A DNA stretch of 64,000 nt. Source: a virus (lineage: Duplodnaviria > Caudoviricetes). Below, in pieces: positions 27,001 to 36,425 of this stretch. A model generated the notes under the pieces. The model was not told where the DNA came from, ran no database searches, and saw only the letters and a list, made by a program, of their open reading frames with translations. How positions within the stretch are numbered: the first letter of the stretch is position 1; each line of letters starts with the position of its first letter. A program made the position numbers and the translations under genes. The stretch lies in IMG/VR virus record IMGVR_UViG_3300049381_000011, positions 1-64,000 of that record; one strand, written 5' to 3'.

Positions 27001-28305
27001 CGCCTGGGTCAGGGACTGCTCCGAGTTGCGGAGCGAGTCGAGCGCGTTCGCGATCCCGGCCTGGCGTGCGGCGAGCTGCGACGCCGACGTTCCCGCCTGC
27101 GACTGCGCCGCGGACACCTTCTGAATCGCGCCGAACACGCCGGAGAACGCGAGGACCAGGGCGCCGAGCCCGAACAGGGCAGCGATGGCCGCCGGGCCGA
27201 TCGCCGCGATAGCCGCCGCCGCCGCGGCCGCCGCCGGAACGATGACGAGGATGAGTGACACGCCGGCGGCGCCGAGCCCTGCCAGCGCGACCCGGGCAGC
27301 GACCGCGGAGAAGATCAGCGCACCGAGTGATGCGATCGCCCCACCGGTGTCCACGTCGACGTTGATCGTCGGATCGATCGCGTCGACAGCCTTCGCCTCG
27401 CCGGCGATCGCGGCGAGCTGCGCGGCGGCCGCCGCCGTATCGACCCGCACACGCGGGTCAGCGGTCGAGTTACCGAGCGCGGTTAGCTGCGCCTGCAGGT
27501 CCCGGATCCGGGCCAACGCCGTCGCCGCGTCGAGGTCGACGCCGATCCGGGCGTCGGCGAGCGCTGCGAGCTCGTTCGTGATTCGGGCCATGTCCCGGTC
27601 CGCGTCGGACGAGTCGACGGTCAGCTCGATCTCAGGCAGCTGCGCGATCGCGCGCTGGACCCGCGACCGTAGATCCTGCTCGAACCGGCCGACCCTGATC
27701 CCGACCTCTACCGGGGTCCGGGCCTGCTTCTGCAGGTCGGCAAGGTCCCGCTTTAGGTTCGTGATCTCGGCGCCGGCCCGGATCGCGTCCAAACCGAGCG
27801 GCACATCTCCGCCGGCCTCGTGCACTTTTTCGACGTCGCGGGCCAGTCCGGACAGCTGGTTGCGCAGCAGCTGCACCCGGGCGATCGCCTCGTCGTCGGT
27901 GATGTCGACGCCGATGGTCCGGTCGCCGAGCTCGCCGAGCTGCCGCCGAATGTTCGCGACTTTCCGCTCGATCGGCGACGAGTCGGCGTCGATCTTCGCG
28001 TTCGGGAGCGACTTCAGCGCCGCTTCTACCCGCCCTTTGAGGGTCCGGGCGAGCGCAGCCCCGATCTCCTCACCCGCCCGCGCGGCGCGTGCTGTAGCCG
28101 GCCGGCTGCCGTGCCGGACACCCTCCGACACCGACTCGGACACCCGGCCGACGACCGGCTGACCGATTTTTGTGCCGAGCTCACGCCCCAGCACCTCAGC
28201 TGCGGGCAGGATCTGCGCCCGAAGCTTGGCGTAGAAGCCGGACGCGTCCGGTTCGACGTCGAGAGCTACCTGTCCTGCGAGCGCCACACCGTCAGGACTG
28301 GTCAT
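24001..28305 (-). CDS. Tape measure protein with C-terminal NlpC/P60 peptidoglycan hydrolase domain
   Basis: 1434 aa Ala-rich helical repeats; FATGGYIAGPGSGTSDSI; GKPYAWAEAGPAGYDCSGLVS...HTAG. Confidence 0.92.
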   Translation of the reverse strand: MTSPDGVALAGQVALDVEPDASGFYAKLRAQILPAAEVLGRELGTKIGQPVVGRVSESVSEGVRHGSRPATARAARAGEEIGAALARTLKGRVEAALKSLPNAKIDADSSPIERKVANIRRQLGELGDRTIGVDITDDEAIARVQLLRNQLSGLARDVEKVHEAGGDVPLGLDAIRAGAEITNLKRDLADLQKQARTPVEVGIRVGRFEQDLRSRVQRAIAQLPEIELTVDSSDADRDMARITNELAALADARIGVDLDAATALARIRDLQAQLTALGNSTADPRVRVDTAAAAAQLAAIAGEAKAVDAIDPTINVDVDTGGAIASLGALIFSAVAARVALAGLGAAGVSLILVIVPAAAAAAAAIAAIGPAAIAALFGLGALVLAFSGVFGAIQKVSAAQSQAGTSASQLAARQAGIANALDSLRNSEQSLTQAQKAARREQESLTQAREDALRAMQDLNSAVRDGALDQRAALLDLADARQRLDEVMNNPQSTNAERQRAQLALDQAEAQLDDVKLRNSRLVDEHAKVQAAGIEGSTQVVSAQERIEAANEAVVRATQSVAQAQRSLAQAYESAGSAGGAAAKAAADAMAGLSPAGRAFVTFLLALKPIFVELRQAAEQGLLPGVQAGIEAFLPVMPQVIKFTSILATVMGELFLKAGQALASPFWINFFDMLGQYAGPLLDSLGSILGSTAEGFGALFLAFLPFSDQMIAGLADLAAGFAEWAKSLAGSAGFESFLAYVRAEGPKVLELLGALFDLVIRLGEGLAPLASVVLDVAIATAEWLASLSPGELIALVAAVGALVAVIVVAVGGPITAIIVGIIAVAAAVVYAYKHFEIFRTVVDAVFSAIATAAVWLWETVLRPTFTAIGAFIMWTWVNVIQPALLGMKIVFDVLAPIVVSFWQNVIVPAFAGIQASVEFAWAVLQPILAAIGFMIENVLIPVVLFLWHNVIEPAWQGIQLAISVAWAVIQVVFGLIQIGVKIVAGIFSWLYEHVIKPAFDGIRAVINTVWEFVKPIFTAFGNIIEQHVAPAFRRGVDAVSAAWSSIQDAAKKPIKFVIETVLNAGLLAAYNKIASMFGVKPDNVQIPLPAGFATGGYIAGPGSGTSDSILARLSNGEYVIPAAVVSSLGVDFFDQLIGRAGSRPGDTSQGIALPGFADGGFVGGLASLWNGLSDPIGYVRDKVNGLIAQVPGVGMARDILRAVGDKVLGGTLTWIKDKIENVFTGEYAGPVSGDVAAVQDFIRAQAGKPYAWAEAGPAGYDCSGLVSAAWNLTHGRQPHNHTFSTANEAAYFPKPGRGAFTAGWAGPGQRGGGSVGHTAGNLVGLKFESRGGDGVVVGPKATDVASFANVGTYDTGGYLMPGITIAHNATGRPEPVLTGAQWDALIDGRSSEPANYNTYYQVYPAKTNFGLEDMQSLQYRNEALQFTRTGRTS

Positions 28306-28329
28306 CGGTGCGGCCCCCTCAGGCTGGCG

Positions 28330-28851
28330 CTATTCAGATATCGGCGGTCCGGGATTCTTCGCTGCGATGGCCTTACGTCGGTTCGCCTGACGTTCCAGGC
28401 GTTCGACCTCCAGCTGGTCGTACTGCTCGCGGCCCTCTTCGTACGTCGCCTCCGCGCGTTCGAGGGACGACAAGACACCGGGTCGGCGCCACGGATCCGG
28501 CTGCGGTGGACTACCGCCGTTGACCTTGATCAGGGCGAAGACGAGCGTGTCGAGGCGTTCACCGATCCGGCAGAGGAGGTCATCGGTGTACGAGTGCGGT
28601 CCCCAGCCCGGCCGTGGCACCGCGGACAGTGCGGCGAGCTCGTGCGGGTCCATCGCGTCACGCATCGCCGTTTTCGTTCGTGACGCGGGCGGTAGCTGCT
28701 CGATGAGGACGGCCAGGCGTCGGTACGTCATCCGTGACGTGCCACCACCTGGCCGGTACAGATCGCGGAGGTCGAGTTGCCGGTCGGCGAGGTCCGCTTC
28801 TACCTGCGGCCCGTACGCCGCAAGGGTCGCTGTGACCTCGGCGATTTTCCC
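28330..28851 (-). CDS. Tail assembly chaperone C-terminal extension (via -1 frameshift)
   Basis: Reached from slippery G GGA AAA at 28851-28845. Confidence 0.75.
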   Translation of the reverse strand, partial: GKIAEVTATLAAYGPQVEADLADRQLDLRDLYRPGGGTSRMTYRRLAVLIEQLPPASRTKTAMRDAMDPHELAALSAVPRPGWGPHSYTDDLLCRIGERLDTLVFALIKVNGGSPPQPDPWRRPGVLSSLERAEATYEEGREQYDQLEVERLERQANRRKAIAAKNPGPPISE

Positions 28852-29309
28852 AGCGACTGGCCGGTGAGCGCTCCCCACTCTTCCAACATCGTGTTGATCT
28901 GACCCAGCGTCGGGTCAAGATCGAGCCAGGTGTCGTAGTCGTCGAGTGCCAGGCACAGCGACGCCCAGGTCTCGAAATCGCCGCGCTGCATCGCACTGTT
29001 GCCCCGCGATGGCCAGTCCGACGACGCCAGGACGTGGATGACGTCCCGGCGGCCGCCAGCACCGCCGAGTGGTACCGCGACCGCGCCGTCCGGATAGTCC
29101 GGGGCAGGCTCGTCCAGCTCGGTGTCGACTTCAGCGATCGTCGCTTCGGTGTGGGCGCCTACCGGGTCGGCAGGCCGGTCGACGGGCAGCGGCTCAACGT
29201 TCTGCGCCGTCGCGGCGAGCTGCTGGCTACGGACACGCTCGTAGTCGGCTGCCTGCACGTCGACGTAGGCGACGGCCGGTTCGGTGGTGCCGTGGGCGGG
29301 CACGGACAT
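28800..29309 (-). CDS. Tail assembly chaperone
   Basis: Between major tail and tape measure; ends GQSLGK at the slippery site. Confidence 0.8.
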   Translation of the reverse strand: MSVPAHGTTEPAVAYVDVQAADYERVRSQQLAATAQNVEPLPVDRPADPVGAHTEATIAEVDTELDEPAPDYPDGAVAVPLGGAGGRRDVIHVLASSDWPSRGNSAMQRGDFETWASLCLALDDYDTWLDLDPTLGQINTMLEEWGALTGQSLGKSPRSQRPLRRTGRR

Positions 29310-29327
29310 GCTGATCTCCCTGGTTGT

Positions 29328-29906
29328 TTAGTTGCCGAGCGCGGGGATGGAGTAGTACCAGTGGATGGCGACCCCGTCCTCACCCGGATACGCGGTCATC
29401 GTGACGCCGTACGTGACGCCCTCAGATGCCTTGATCGAGAACTCTTTGCGGTCGGTGACTTCGAGGATCGGGACGACGCCACGGATGCGGTTCGGCCCGT
29501 CGACGAGGTCGAAAACGGCGGCCATCTGGACCGTTTCCGGCTCACCCTCGGTGAAGTCGAAGAGACCGTCGTCGTCGACGGTGATCGAGTCGAGGGCCTT
29601 ACGGTTGTAGACCTCGATCGCCGTGGGGTTGCTTTCGAGCATGACGAGCTCGAACGTCGTCTCGGACGTGGTCACGAGCTTGCGGACCGGCGCCGACGAG
29701 CCGAACGCCCGGATGACGGTCGTCGACTCCGAGACAGCCTTTTTCAGACCGTCTTCGGAGCACCAGCCAGCATCGCGGAAGTTCGCGTGCAGCGACGCGG
29801 CCGCGGCGCTCGGCAACGTGGTGCCGAGCGCTGCGAAGCTGGCCAGCGCCGCGCCGGCGGTGCCGCCGCCCTTGACGCCGGCGAGGATAAGAGCGCGGTT
29901 GCCCAT
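29328..29906 (-). CDS. Major tail tube protein
   Basis: DAGWCSEDGL...FELVMLES...YGVTMTAYP motifs. Confidence 0.85.
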   Translation of the reverse strand: MGNRALILAGVKGGGTAGAALASFAALGTTLPSAAAASLHANFRDAGWCSEDGLKKAVSESTTVIRAFGSSAPVRKLVTTSETTFELVMLESNPTAIEVYNRKALDSITVDDDGLFDFTEGEPETVQMAAVFDLVDGPNRIRGVVPILEVTDRKEFSIKASEGVTYGVTMTAYPGEDGVAIHWYYSIPALGN

Positions 29907-29980
29907 GAGGGTCCCTCCTGCGGGTACGACAAAGGCCCCCGGCAGATGCCGGAGGCCTACGAGATGCGCGAGCGAGCGGG

Positions 29981-30448
29981 TCAGCCGCGGGATTTGATGT
30001 GGAACGAGTACGCGGCGCCGTTACGGCGCATCGGGCTGTTGCTGTCGTCGTACGGGCGGGCGCAGGGACGACTGATCGTGCGGACGTCCGACACCGTGGC
30101 GGTTTCGGTGTAGTAGCCGGGCAGATGCCGCAGGTACGCGGTCCGCAGCAGCTCGGACAGGTCGTTCGCTTCTACCGGGCGCGGATTCCCATCAACGTCC
30201 GGTCCGACATAGACGTCAACGTCGACGTTGACGACGTCCTGGGCGACGTTCCGGTCAGCGCCACCGAACTGGGAGATGACGACCAGTGGCAGCATCGCCG
30301 TGGTGATCCCGCCTACGGGTTTCTCGCCGGCGACGGTCATCCCGGGCACGTCAGCCATCGCCTGGCTGGTCCAGGAGATCAGCAGCTCGATCGCGTCGGC
30401 GTACCGTGCAAGGGCCAGCGCGACCAGGTCCAGCGGCTCAACCGACAT
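29981..30448 (-). CDS. Tail terminator / completion protein
   Basis: LPLVVISQFGG...VDVDVY; synteny. Confidence 0.7.
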   Translation of the reverse strand: MSVEPLDLVALALARYADAIELLISWTSQAMADVPGMTVAGEKPVGGITTAMLPLVVISQFGGADRNVAQDVVNVDVDVYVGPDVDGNPRPVEANDLSELLRTAYLRHLPGYYTETATVSDVRTISRPCARPYDDSNSPMRRNGAAYSFHIKSRG

Positions 30449-30450
30449 CG

Positions 30451-30771
30451 CTAGTCCTCTTTCTTGACGCCCTTCCCTGCCCGCGGCGGGTCAGCGGGCG
30501 GCGGATCCGTGTCGGGGATGGCTGGGGTGTCGACGGCCGGCGCCGATCCGGTCGCGGCCGATGGACTGGGCACGGCGTCTTCGGGCTCCGGTTCCGTCCA
30601 GGCGCCCAGCGGCGTATCCGCGGCCACCAATCGGACCCGGTTCTGGTCGACGAGCCGTCGGGCGTCGTCGGCGAGCATGTCGACAACCGTCGACATTTTG
30701 GTCCGGTCCTTGTCGTAGATGACCAGCACCCGCCGGTAACCCTCCGGTGCTTCCTTCGCGACTTTCGGCAC
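30451..30771 (-). CDS. Hypothetical virion-associated protein
   Basis: Short domain plus Pro/Ala/Asp tail. Confidence 0.5.
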   Translation of the reverse strand: MPKVAKEAPEGYRRVLVIYDKDRTKMSTVVDMLADDARRLVDQNRVRLVAADTPLGAWTEPEPEDAVPSPSAATGSAPAVDTPAIPDTDPPPADPPRAGKGVKKED

Positions 30772-30784
30772 GTCATGTCCCCTC

Positions 30785-31126
30785 TCAGAGTTTCAAGGCG
30801 TCGGCAGCTCGGCCGAGGATTCGTTGCGCATCCATGTACCTGGTCCCAAATTCGAGGAACCGGGCGTGGGGGGTGTCGTTGAGCAGCCGCCCGTAAGCAC
30901 GCGGGGGTGTACCCCGCACCCCCGATTCGACGGTGAAGCCGCCACCGGCGCCCTCAGGCACCTGCGGTGGGGGAGTGTTGTCGCGGTACCAGCCCGTGTC
31001 GACGGGGGCGATCGCCAGCGCGTAAAACTCGGCGAGCTGCATCTTCAGCCGGCAGGCGCGGACCATCGGCGGTGCGGCGAGCGCCTGCTGCAGGCCTTGC
31101 GGGTAAGGGGTGAGCCGTGCGACCAC
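30785..31126 (-). CDS. HK97 gp10-like neck/tail completion protein
   Basis: APVDTG...HARFLEFGTRYMDAQRILGRA. Confidence 0.8.
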   Translation of the reverse strand: MVARLTPYPQGLQQALAAPPMVRACRLKMQLAEFYALAIAPVDTGWYRDNTPPPQVPEGAGGGFTVESGVRGTPPRAYGRLLNDTPHARFLEFGTRYMDAQRILGRAADALKL

Positions 31127-31147
31127 AACCCACCCCCTTTTCCCAGG

Positions 31148-32077
31148 TCAGAACTGTCCGGGTGCCACCTGGAACACGTTCAGGCCGATCGCCCGCCAGC
31201 CGTCGACGACCTGCTGCCGGTCGTCGAGAACGAATAGGACGTCGTACTGGTCGCGGATGTCCAGGTCGAACATCTCCCGCTTGACGACGTAGTCCTTACG
31301 CATGTCGCCGGCCGTGCGCATGAACAGCCCGGCGTGCGGAACCCCGACATGGTCGGCGAGCCACTTCTCGGTCGCGTCACGGCACCCGGAGGTCCGGCCG
31401 GAGCAGTAGACGATCGTGTGCCCGGCGATGTGCATCGCCCGGACCGCCTCGATCGCGGCCCGGTTCGGCCGGTCCAGGTGGACCTGCGTCTCGTCGTACG
31501 GCGACCGTGTGCCGTGCAGCGCGACGGTCCCGTCGACGTCGACCATCACGGCTGTCGGCGTACCGGCGGCCGCCACGTACGGAACGACCTCGTCCGGCGG
31601 TGCGGCTTCGTCCTGCGGCCCGGGTAGCGGCTTGCCGTTCAGCGGTGCCACGTACCGGCGGTGCAGGTCGACGATGACGTCGTCGTCCAGCCGGGCGACC
31701 CCTTCCCGCCGGGCGTTGCGGTCCAGGCAGACCTGCAGCGGCTCGTAGGTCAGGTCCCACACCTCGAACTCGGCGCCGGCGAGCTGCGCCGCGGCGTACA
31801 ACTCCCGGGCGGTTCGCTGCCGCAGGTTCATGTCGTCGCAGATCACGTCGACACCGGCGCGTAGCAGCGCGCCGATCGCCGCATGCTGGGCGATGACGAT
31901 CGCCCGTTCGGTACCAGGCCCGACACCCTTCTGGACGTGCTTGGACTGGTGGCCCATGGCACGGAGGTCGTCGCGGTTGATCCGGGCTCGGTTCTCGGGA
32001 TCCTCGGCGACCCAGGCGTGCGCCCGGGTCGTCTTACCGCACCCCGGAATCCCACGGGTGATGATCAGCTTCGGCAT
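31148..32077 (-). CDS. pseT: Polynucleotide kinase/phosphatase (T4 PseT-like)
   Basis: P-loop RGIPGCGKTT, INRDDLR; HAD DVDGTVA, SGR, LFMR..GDMRKD..VK, LDDRQQVV. Confidence 0.92.
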   Translation of the reverse strand: MPKLIITRGIPGCGKTTRAHAWVAEDPENRARINRDDLRAMGHQSKHVQKGVGPGTERAIVIAQHAAIGALLRAGVDVICDDMNLRQRTARELYAAAQLAGAEFEVWDLTYEPLQVCLDRNARREGVARLDDDVIVDLHRRYVAPLNGKPLPGPQDEAAPPDEVVPYVAAAGTPTAVMVDVDGTVALHGTRSPYDETQVHLDRPNRAAIEAVRAMHIAGHTIVYCSGRTSGCRDATEKWLADHVGVPHAGLFMRTAGDMRKDYVVKREMFDLDIRDQYDVLFVLDDRQQVVDGWRAIGLNVFQVAPGQF

Positions 32078-32110
32078 GGCAGTCCAATCGGCGGGAAGCG
32101 GTGTTGCATC

Positions 32111-32139
32111 AGACTGACCACTGTCCCGTAAATCGGCAA
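32111..32139 (-). promoter_or_regulatory. Phage-motif promoter for PNKP (TTGCCG-17-CAGTCT)
   Basis: ATGTTGCCGATTTA. Confidence 0.55.
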
Positions 32140-32177
32140 CATTGTCAGCTCTGATGCCACCCCGCACACCGGCTGGA

Positions 32178-32420
32178 TTACAGGTAGATCCAGTCGGTGC
32201 GGACCCAGTTGACCCGGTCGGGTTGCAGCATCAGCAGCGCCGCGTACCCGGACGCCTGCCCGTTGAGCAGCGCGAGCGCTTCCATCTGCCCGTGGGGTGT
32301 GTCTGCGGCGTCGTGCCAGGCCTGCGATGTGATGGCCCACCGTCGGCTGTGCTCCGGATCCGGGGTGCCGGGGATGATGCCGGCGGAGACCTCAGCAACG
32401 ACCCGGGCAGTGTCCGACAT
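32178..32420 (-). CDS. Small hypothetical protein
   Basis: GC3-rich ORF after an AT-rich patch. Confidence 0.55.
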   Translation of the reverse strand: MSDTARVVAEVSAGIIPGTPDPEHSRRWAITSQAWHDAADTPHGQMEALALLNGQASGYAALLMLQPDRVNWVRTDWIYL

Positions 32421-32546
32421 GTAGTTTCCACTCTGATAGTCGTATCGACGGTGACGAGTTAATGCCACGATTTTGGTTGGAAAACAGGAAGTTGCCCTGT
32501 TCACCGGCCCTGTACCGTGTCCCGGAATGTGGTCGCCGAGCTGCGG

Positions 32547-32849
32547 TCAGCGGCGCCCAGCGGCGCGCACCGTGACAGGTTCGGCACCCATACGGGACCA
32601 CGCGACCTGGCCGGTGAGATCCCGCCACACCTGCGCGGCCGCCGGCGGCCAGTCGAAGCGCCGCCGGTCTGGGATCGCCGCGGCGAGCTGGTCGACGTGC
32701 ACATGCCGACCTTCCGACCCGGGACAGTCGCGGGTGCACCAGTCGAGCACAGCTAGCGGCACATTGCCGCCGTCGGGCGCCTGCGCGTAGACCCGGTCGT
32801 CGTCGAACCGCATCCAGATCGGTTCGCTGCCAGCGTGTGGATCCACCAT
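32547..32849 (-). CDS. Hypothetical protein
   Basis: GGAGG SD before ATG 32849. Confidence 0.5.
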   Translation of the reverse strand: MVDPHAGSEPIWMRFDDDRVYAQAPDGGNVPLAVLDWCTRDCPGSEGRHVHVDQLAAAIPDRRRFDWPPAAAQVWRDLTGQVAWSRMGAEPVTVRAAGRR

Positions 32850-32865
32850 TGCCTCCATGCCCGAA

Positions 32866-33516
32866 CTAACCGGCGACACGTCTGGCGATGACGCGCAGCC
32901 CCGAGTTGACGCCGGTCATCGCATCGTGCTGGTCCTCAGGCGTGCCGACGACATCGTAGGTCAGGCCGCGGATCTGCAGCTGGTCCGCGGCGAGGACGAC
33001 CGTCCCCGCGGGGAACAGCACTTCGACCTGGTCGACGGTCATCTGATGCTGGCCAGGTTCCGTCGACGACAGCGGCCGTACAGCGGTGGTCATGGCCACC
33101 GTCAGCTCGTTCGCGTAGCGGGGGTTCTGGTGCCGGTCGACGCCGACGGCGATCCGGCGCATGACGATGACCGGTTCGGCGCCGAGCGTCGGCCCGTACT
33201 CGGAGCCGATCGTCACGGCGATCTCAGCGTGGTCGGGGGTGCCCATCCCGGGCATGGTGTGGACGACGGACGCGGACACGTAGCCGCGTCGGCCGTCGGC
33301 CATCGTCGCGAGGGACCCGGCAGGGCAGACGACCTCAGGGCCGGCGACGATCGTCATCATCGTCAGCCGGACGACCCCGGTCGCCCCGACCGCCGAGACG
33401 ATCTTCTCGTTGATGTGGCAGCGGACCTGTTCGGCAGCCCCGTACGACCCCCACACGCCCTGGTACGGCTCAAAGTCGAACACGTGGCGCAGCAGCGCTT
33501 TCGGTACCCGGCCCAT
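32866..33516 (-). CDS. Head closure / stopper protein, apparently two tandem domains
   Basis: First half LLRHVFDFEPYQG...PDHAEIAV; second half EPVIVMRR...DQLQIRGLTYDVVGTP...RRVAG. Confidence 0.65.
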   Translation of the reverse strand: MGRVPKALLRHVFDFEPYQGVWGSYGAAEQVRCHINEKIVSAVGATGVVRLTMMTIVAGPEVVCPAGSLATMADGRRGYVSASVVHTMPGMGTPDHAEIAVTIGSEYGPTLGAEPVIVMRRIAVGVDRHQNPRYANELTVAMTTAVRPLSSTEPGQHQMTVDQVEVLFPAGTVVLAADQLQIRGLTYDVVGTPEDQHDAMTGVNSGLRVIARRVAG

Positions 33517-33524
33517 CAGTCAGC

Positions 33525-34193
33525 TCACCATGTTGTCGGGGCGTGGCCGAGCATCCCGGCCACGCGAAGGATGGACATCGTCGACGGGCCCAGCCGTGCC
33601 GCGGCGGCCGCCCGGGTGCCTTTGCCGCCGCTGTTCCAGCCCAGGGCCACGTTGGAGATGCTGGCCGAGGCGAGCATCGCGGTCGCGCCGGTACCGTCGT
33701 CGCCGATCTCCGCCCACCAGCGGACCGTTTCACAGACCGCCTCCATCATCGCTTTGATGATCTTGGTGTTGGTGGGCATCTCATCCTCGTCGACGTCGTA
33801 CACCGACCCGATGAGGACCTCGTCGACGAGCGCCGACGCGTTACGCAGCCGCCAGTCCGCGTCGAGCGGCGGCGCCTCGTTGAGGTAGTGCGTCAGCTGG
33901 GCCGAGTTGGCGTACGTATGCCGGGGGTCGCTCCCGATCGACGCTGGGCCGACCGCCACTTTCTGCACGCGCGACCCGGCACCGACACCGGTGATGACCC
34001 ACACCATCTGCCACACGCCGGCCATCGTGTACGTGACCAGCGCCACCCACTTCCCGGTCAGCTCATCCCGGGTAACCGTCGCGACGAACGGCGTCCCGGT
34101 CGGTGGGTGAACCGTCAGCGCGACGGCGGTGTCGTCGTCGTACACCTGCAGTGTGATGTCGATCGTGTCGGTGTTGCCCTCGGTCGCGGCCAT
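33525..34193 (-). CDS. Head-tail adaptor with N-terminal Ig-like domain
   Basis: YANSAQLTHYL...LRNASALVD...AVCETVRWW...SASISNV. Confidence 0.65.
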   Translation of the reverse strand: MAATEGNTDTIDITLQVYDDDTAVALTVHPPTGTPFVATVTRDELTGKWVALVTYTMAGVWQMVWVITGVGAGSRVQKVAVGPASIGSDPRHTYANSAQLTHYLNEAPPLDADWRLRNASALVDEVLIGSVYDVDEDEMPTNTKIIKAMMEAVCETVRWWAEIGDDGTGATAMLASASISNVALGWNSGGKGTRAAAAARLGPSTMSILRVAGMLGHAPTTW

Positions 34194-34201
34194 GGCTGTC
34201 C

Positions 34202-35662
34202 TTAGAGGCTGGTCGTGGTCCGGACGGAGTCGGACGGTGACGTCCGGGTGAAGGTGACCAGCGGCGCGCTGCGGGTGGTGACAGCTGTCTGGGTCGGCGT
34301 CGCGGTGACCGTCATTCCCCTACCCGGCACAACGGTCGGCGGGGTCGGGTCTTCGCTGGCGGCGAACGCGGCCAGGTCCAGTCCGCTGCCCGCTGCCCGT
34401 ACGGCGGCGGTCCCGTACGTGTACGCGTCGGCGAGGTCCAGGCCGACGAGCCCGGCCCGGGCGGCGTACGACACCCGACCGACGGACCCGGCAAGCTCGA
34501 GACCCCCACCGACCGTCCGACCGAACGCGACGGCACGGCTGCTGGTCGCGGCCGCCTGCAGCGCGCTGCCGACCGACCGGGATACCGCTGACGTGCGTTC
34601 GCCGGCGACAGCGAGTCCGAGCCCGGCGGTCACGGACCGGGCGATGACCGACGCGCCCGCTGCAGCACCGGCCAGGTCAAGCCCGCCGGCGATCGCGCGG
34701 TGAAGCTCCGCGGTACGGTTCGCGGCCGCCGACACGTTCAGTGCTGCCGCGCCGGCCCGCACCGATCCGAGGAGCCGCGTGACGTCGCCGGCGACGGCGA
34801 GCCCGGAGGCGATGCTGGCGTTTCGGGCGTTGATCCGGGCGGCCGCGCCGGCAAGGGCGAGCCCTGCTGCAGCGGCGCGCTGCCCGGCAACGGTACGGGT
34901 CGGGACCTGCGCGACGCCGATAGCCGCGGCAGCGGTGCGACCGACAGCCTGCAGCGCGCTGTTGACGCCGGCGAGGCCGATCCCGCTGGCGATGCTGATG
35001 ACGTGGTGGGGAAGGTTGGGCAGGGTCGTATCGGACAGGACCAGGTCGTCGAGACGGACGGACGCGTTCGATGTCGCGCTCGCGGCCCCCCAGTCGATCT
35101 CACCGACCGCGTCGGTGCCCCAGCTGACCCCGGTCGGGTTGAACACCTCGTCCGGGGTCGCGACCAGCGGATTCCGGTGCACATACAGCAGCCCTGGCGC
35201 GGACAGCCCAACGGTGAAACCGAACCGGACCAGCCACCAGTCCGATGTCGTCATCCCGGCGGTCGTCGACACGACCGTGTTCGAGCCCGTCGACCGGCGC
35301 AGCTCGATCTGCCCCGACGTGTTGATACTCAGCCGTGCCAGCTGCACAGACGCGCCGCCCCTAGCCCGCCAGATCGGCGTGATCGAGGTCAGCGCTCCCG
35401 GCCGGATGAGGAGCCGCCCGTACACCTGGGTGATCGTCCCGCCGAGCGCGGTACTCCACCTGACCGACGCGACCGCCGCGGTGCCGCCGGTGGTGGCCTG
35501 CAGCGACAGAGCACCCCGTGAGGCGACACTGCTGTAGGCCACCGTGGCGCCGGACCCGATCGTGACCAGGTTGAACGCGTTCCCACCGACAGCGGAGTTA
35601 CCGGTGCTGACCGTCGTCCCGGACGACTGCCCGGATTCCATCGTGTGAGCGAGGGTTACCAC
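34202..35662 (-). CDS. Putative head/neck fibre protein (lectin-like N-domain plus Ala/Gly repeats)
   Basis: N-terminal ~220 aa resembles N-terminus of 17123-19720; roughly 20-aa quasi-repeats follow. Confidence 0.55.
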   Translation of the reverse strand: MVTLAHTMESGQSSGTTVSTGNSAVGGNAFNLVTIGSGATVAYSSVASRGALSLQATTGGTAAVASVRWSTALGGTITQVYGRLLIRPGALTSITPIWRARGGASVQLARLSINTSGQIELRRSTGSNTVVSTTAGMTTSDWWLVRFGFTVGLSAPGLLYVHRNPLVATPDEVFNPTGVSWGTDAVGEIDWGAASATSNASVRLDDLVLSDTTLPNLPHHVISIASGIGLAGVNSALQAVGRTAAAAIGVAQVPTRTVAGQRAAAAGLALAGAAARINARNASIASGLAVAGDVTRLLGSVRAGAAALNVSAAANRTAELHRAIAGGLDLAGAAAGASVIARSVTAGLGLAVAGERTSAVSRSVGSALQAAATSSRAVAFGRTVGGGLELAGSVGRVSYAARAGLVGLDLADAYTYGTAAVRAAGSGLDLAAFAASEDPTPPTVVPGRGMTVTATPTQTAVTTRSAPLVTFTRTSPSDSVRTTTSL

Positions 35663-35682
35663 AGGGCGCCCCTCCGGTCAGG

Positions 35683-36087
35683 TCAGGACCCGGACAGGGT
35701 CACCGTTTCGGTGATCAGCACGCTGTCACCGACAGCGGCGAGTAGAGCGCTGGACGGCGACATCAGCGCAGACCAGGGCATGATCCCGGCCGATGCGGCA
35801 TTGAACACGCCGACCTTCGCCGGCGTCGACGGCAGCACATCCGACCCGTTCGCCGTGAACGTCGCGGTGAGCGTGTACGTCGCCGCGTCGGTCGTGTGCC
35901 CGTACGTCGCGACCTTCCGGATCAGGCCACCACTCGCGGTGGCGATCTCCCCGGTGAGAGTCGTTTCGCCGGCCGACGGTGCGGTGGCGTCCTCGGTCAG
36001 CGCCAGGTAGTCCGCGACCGCTGCGCGTGAGCCGCTGCGGTCGCCGAGCGCCGAGGCGCCCCAGTTCCGGCCCGCTGTGTGAAACAT
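35683..36087 (-). CDS. Fibre/collar-like structural protein
   Basis: YLALTEDATAPSAGETTLTGEI...KVGVFNAASAG...GDSVLITETV pattern seen in fibre-base proteins. Confidence 0.55.
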   Translation of the reverse strand: MFHTAGRNWGASALGDRSGSRAAVADYLALTEDATAPSAGETTLTGEIATASGGLIRKVATYGHTTDAATYTLTATFTANGSDVLPSTPAKVGVFNAASAGIMPWSALMSPSSALLAAVGDSVLITETVTLSGS

Positions 36088-36425
36088 CAGACCTCCCCAT
36101 CCGGCTGGTGATCAGGGTCCGGGTCGCGTAGCTCGCAGCCCCAGTGAGCGGCGAGGAGCTGCCCGAGAACCTCATCCGTTGACGCCACCCAGGCGGGCGC
36201 GGCCGCAGACGAGTGAGCACTCCACACACCCCGGTTGGAGTCCGTGAGCTCGGCTGCCATCTCCAGCAGACCGAGACCAGGTGCCATAGTCACCGCAGTG
36301 CGGCGTTTTCCTGCGGGGAGCGGCACGAACGCCCTCGTCCCCCGGTTGTCGATTTCGACCAGCTCATGCGCGTCCCGGTTGCCCAGATACACGATCGTCG
36401 GCTGGCTGTCGGTGTCAGGCTGCAC
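36087..36425 (-). CDS. Hypothetical protein
   Basis: TGATG coupling with downstream gene. Confidence 0.55.
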   Translation of the reverse strand: MQPDTDSQPTIVYLGNRDAHELVEIDNRGTRAFVPLPAGKRRTAVTMAPGLGLLEMAAELTDSNRGVWSAHSSAAAPAWVASTDEVLGQLLAAHWGCELRDPDPDHQPDGEV

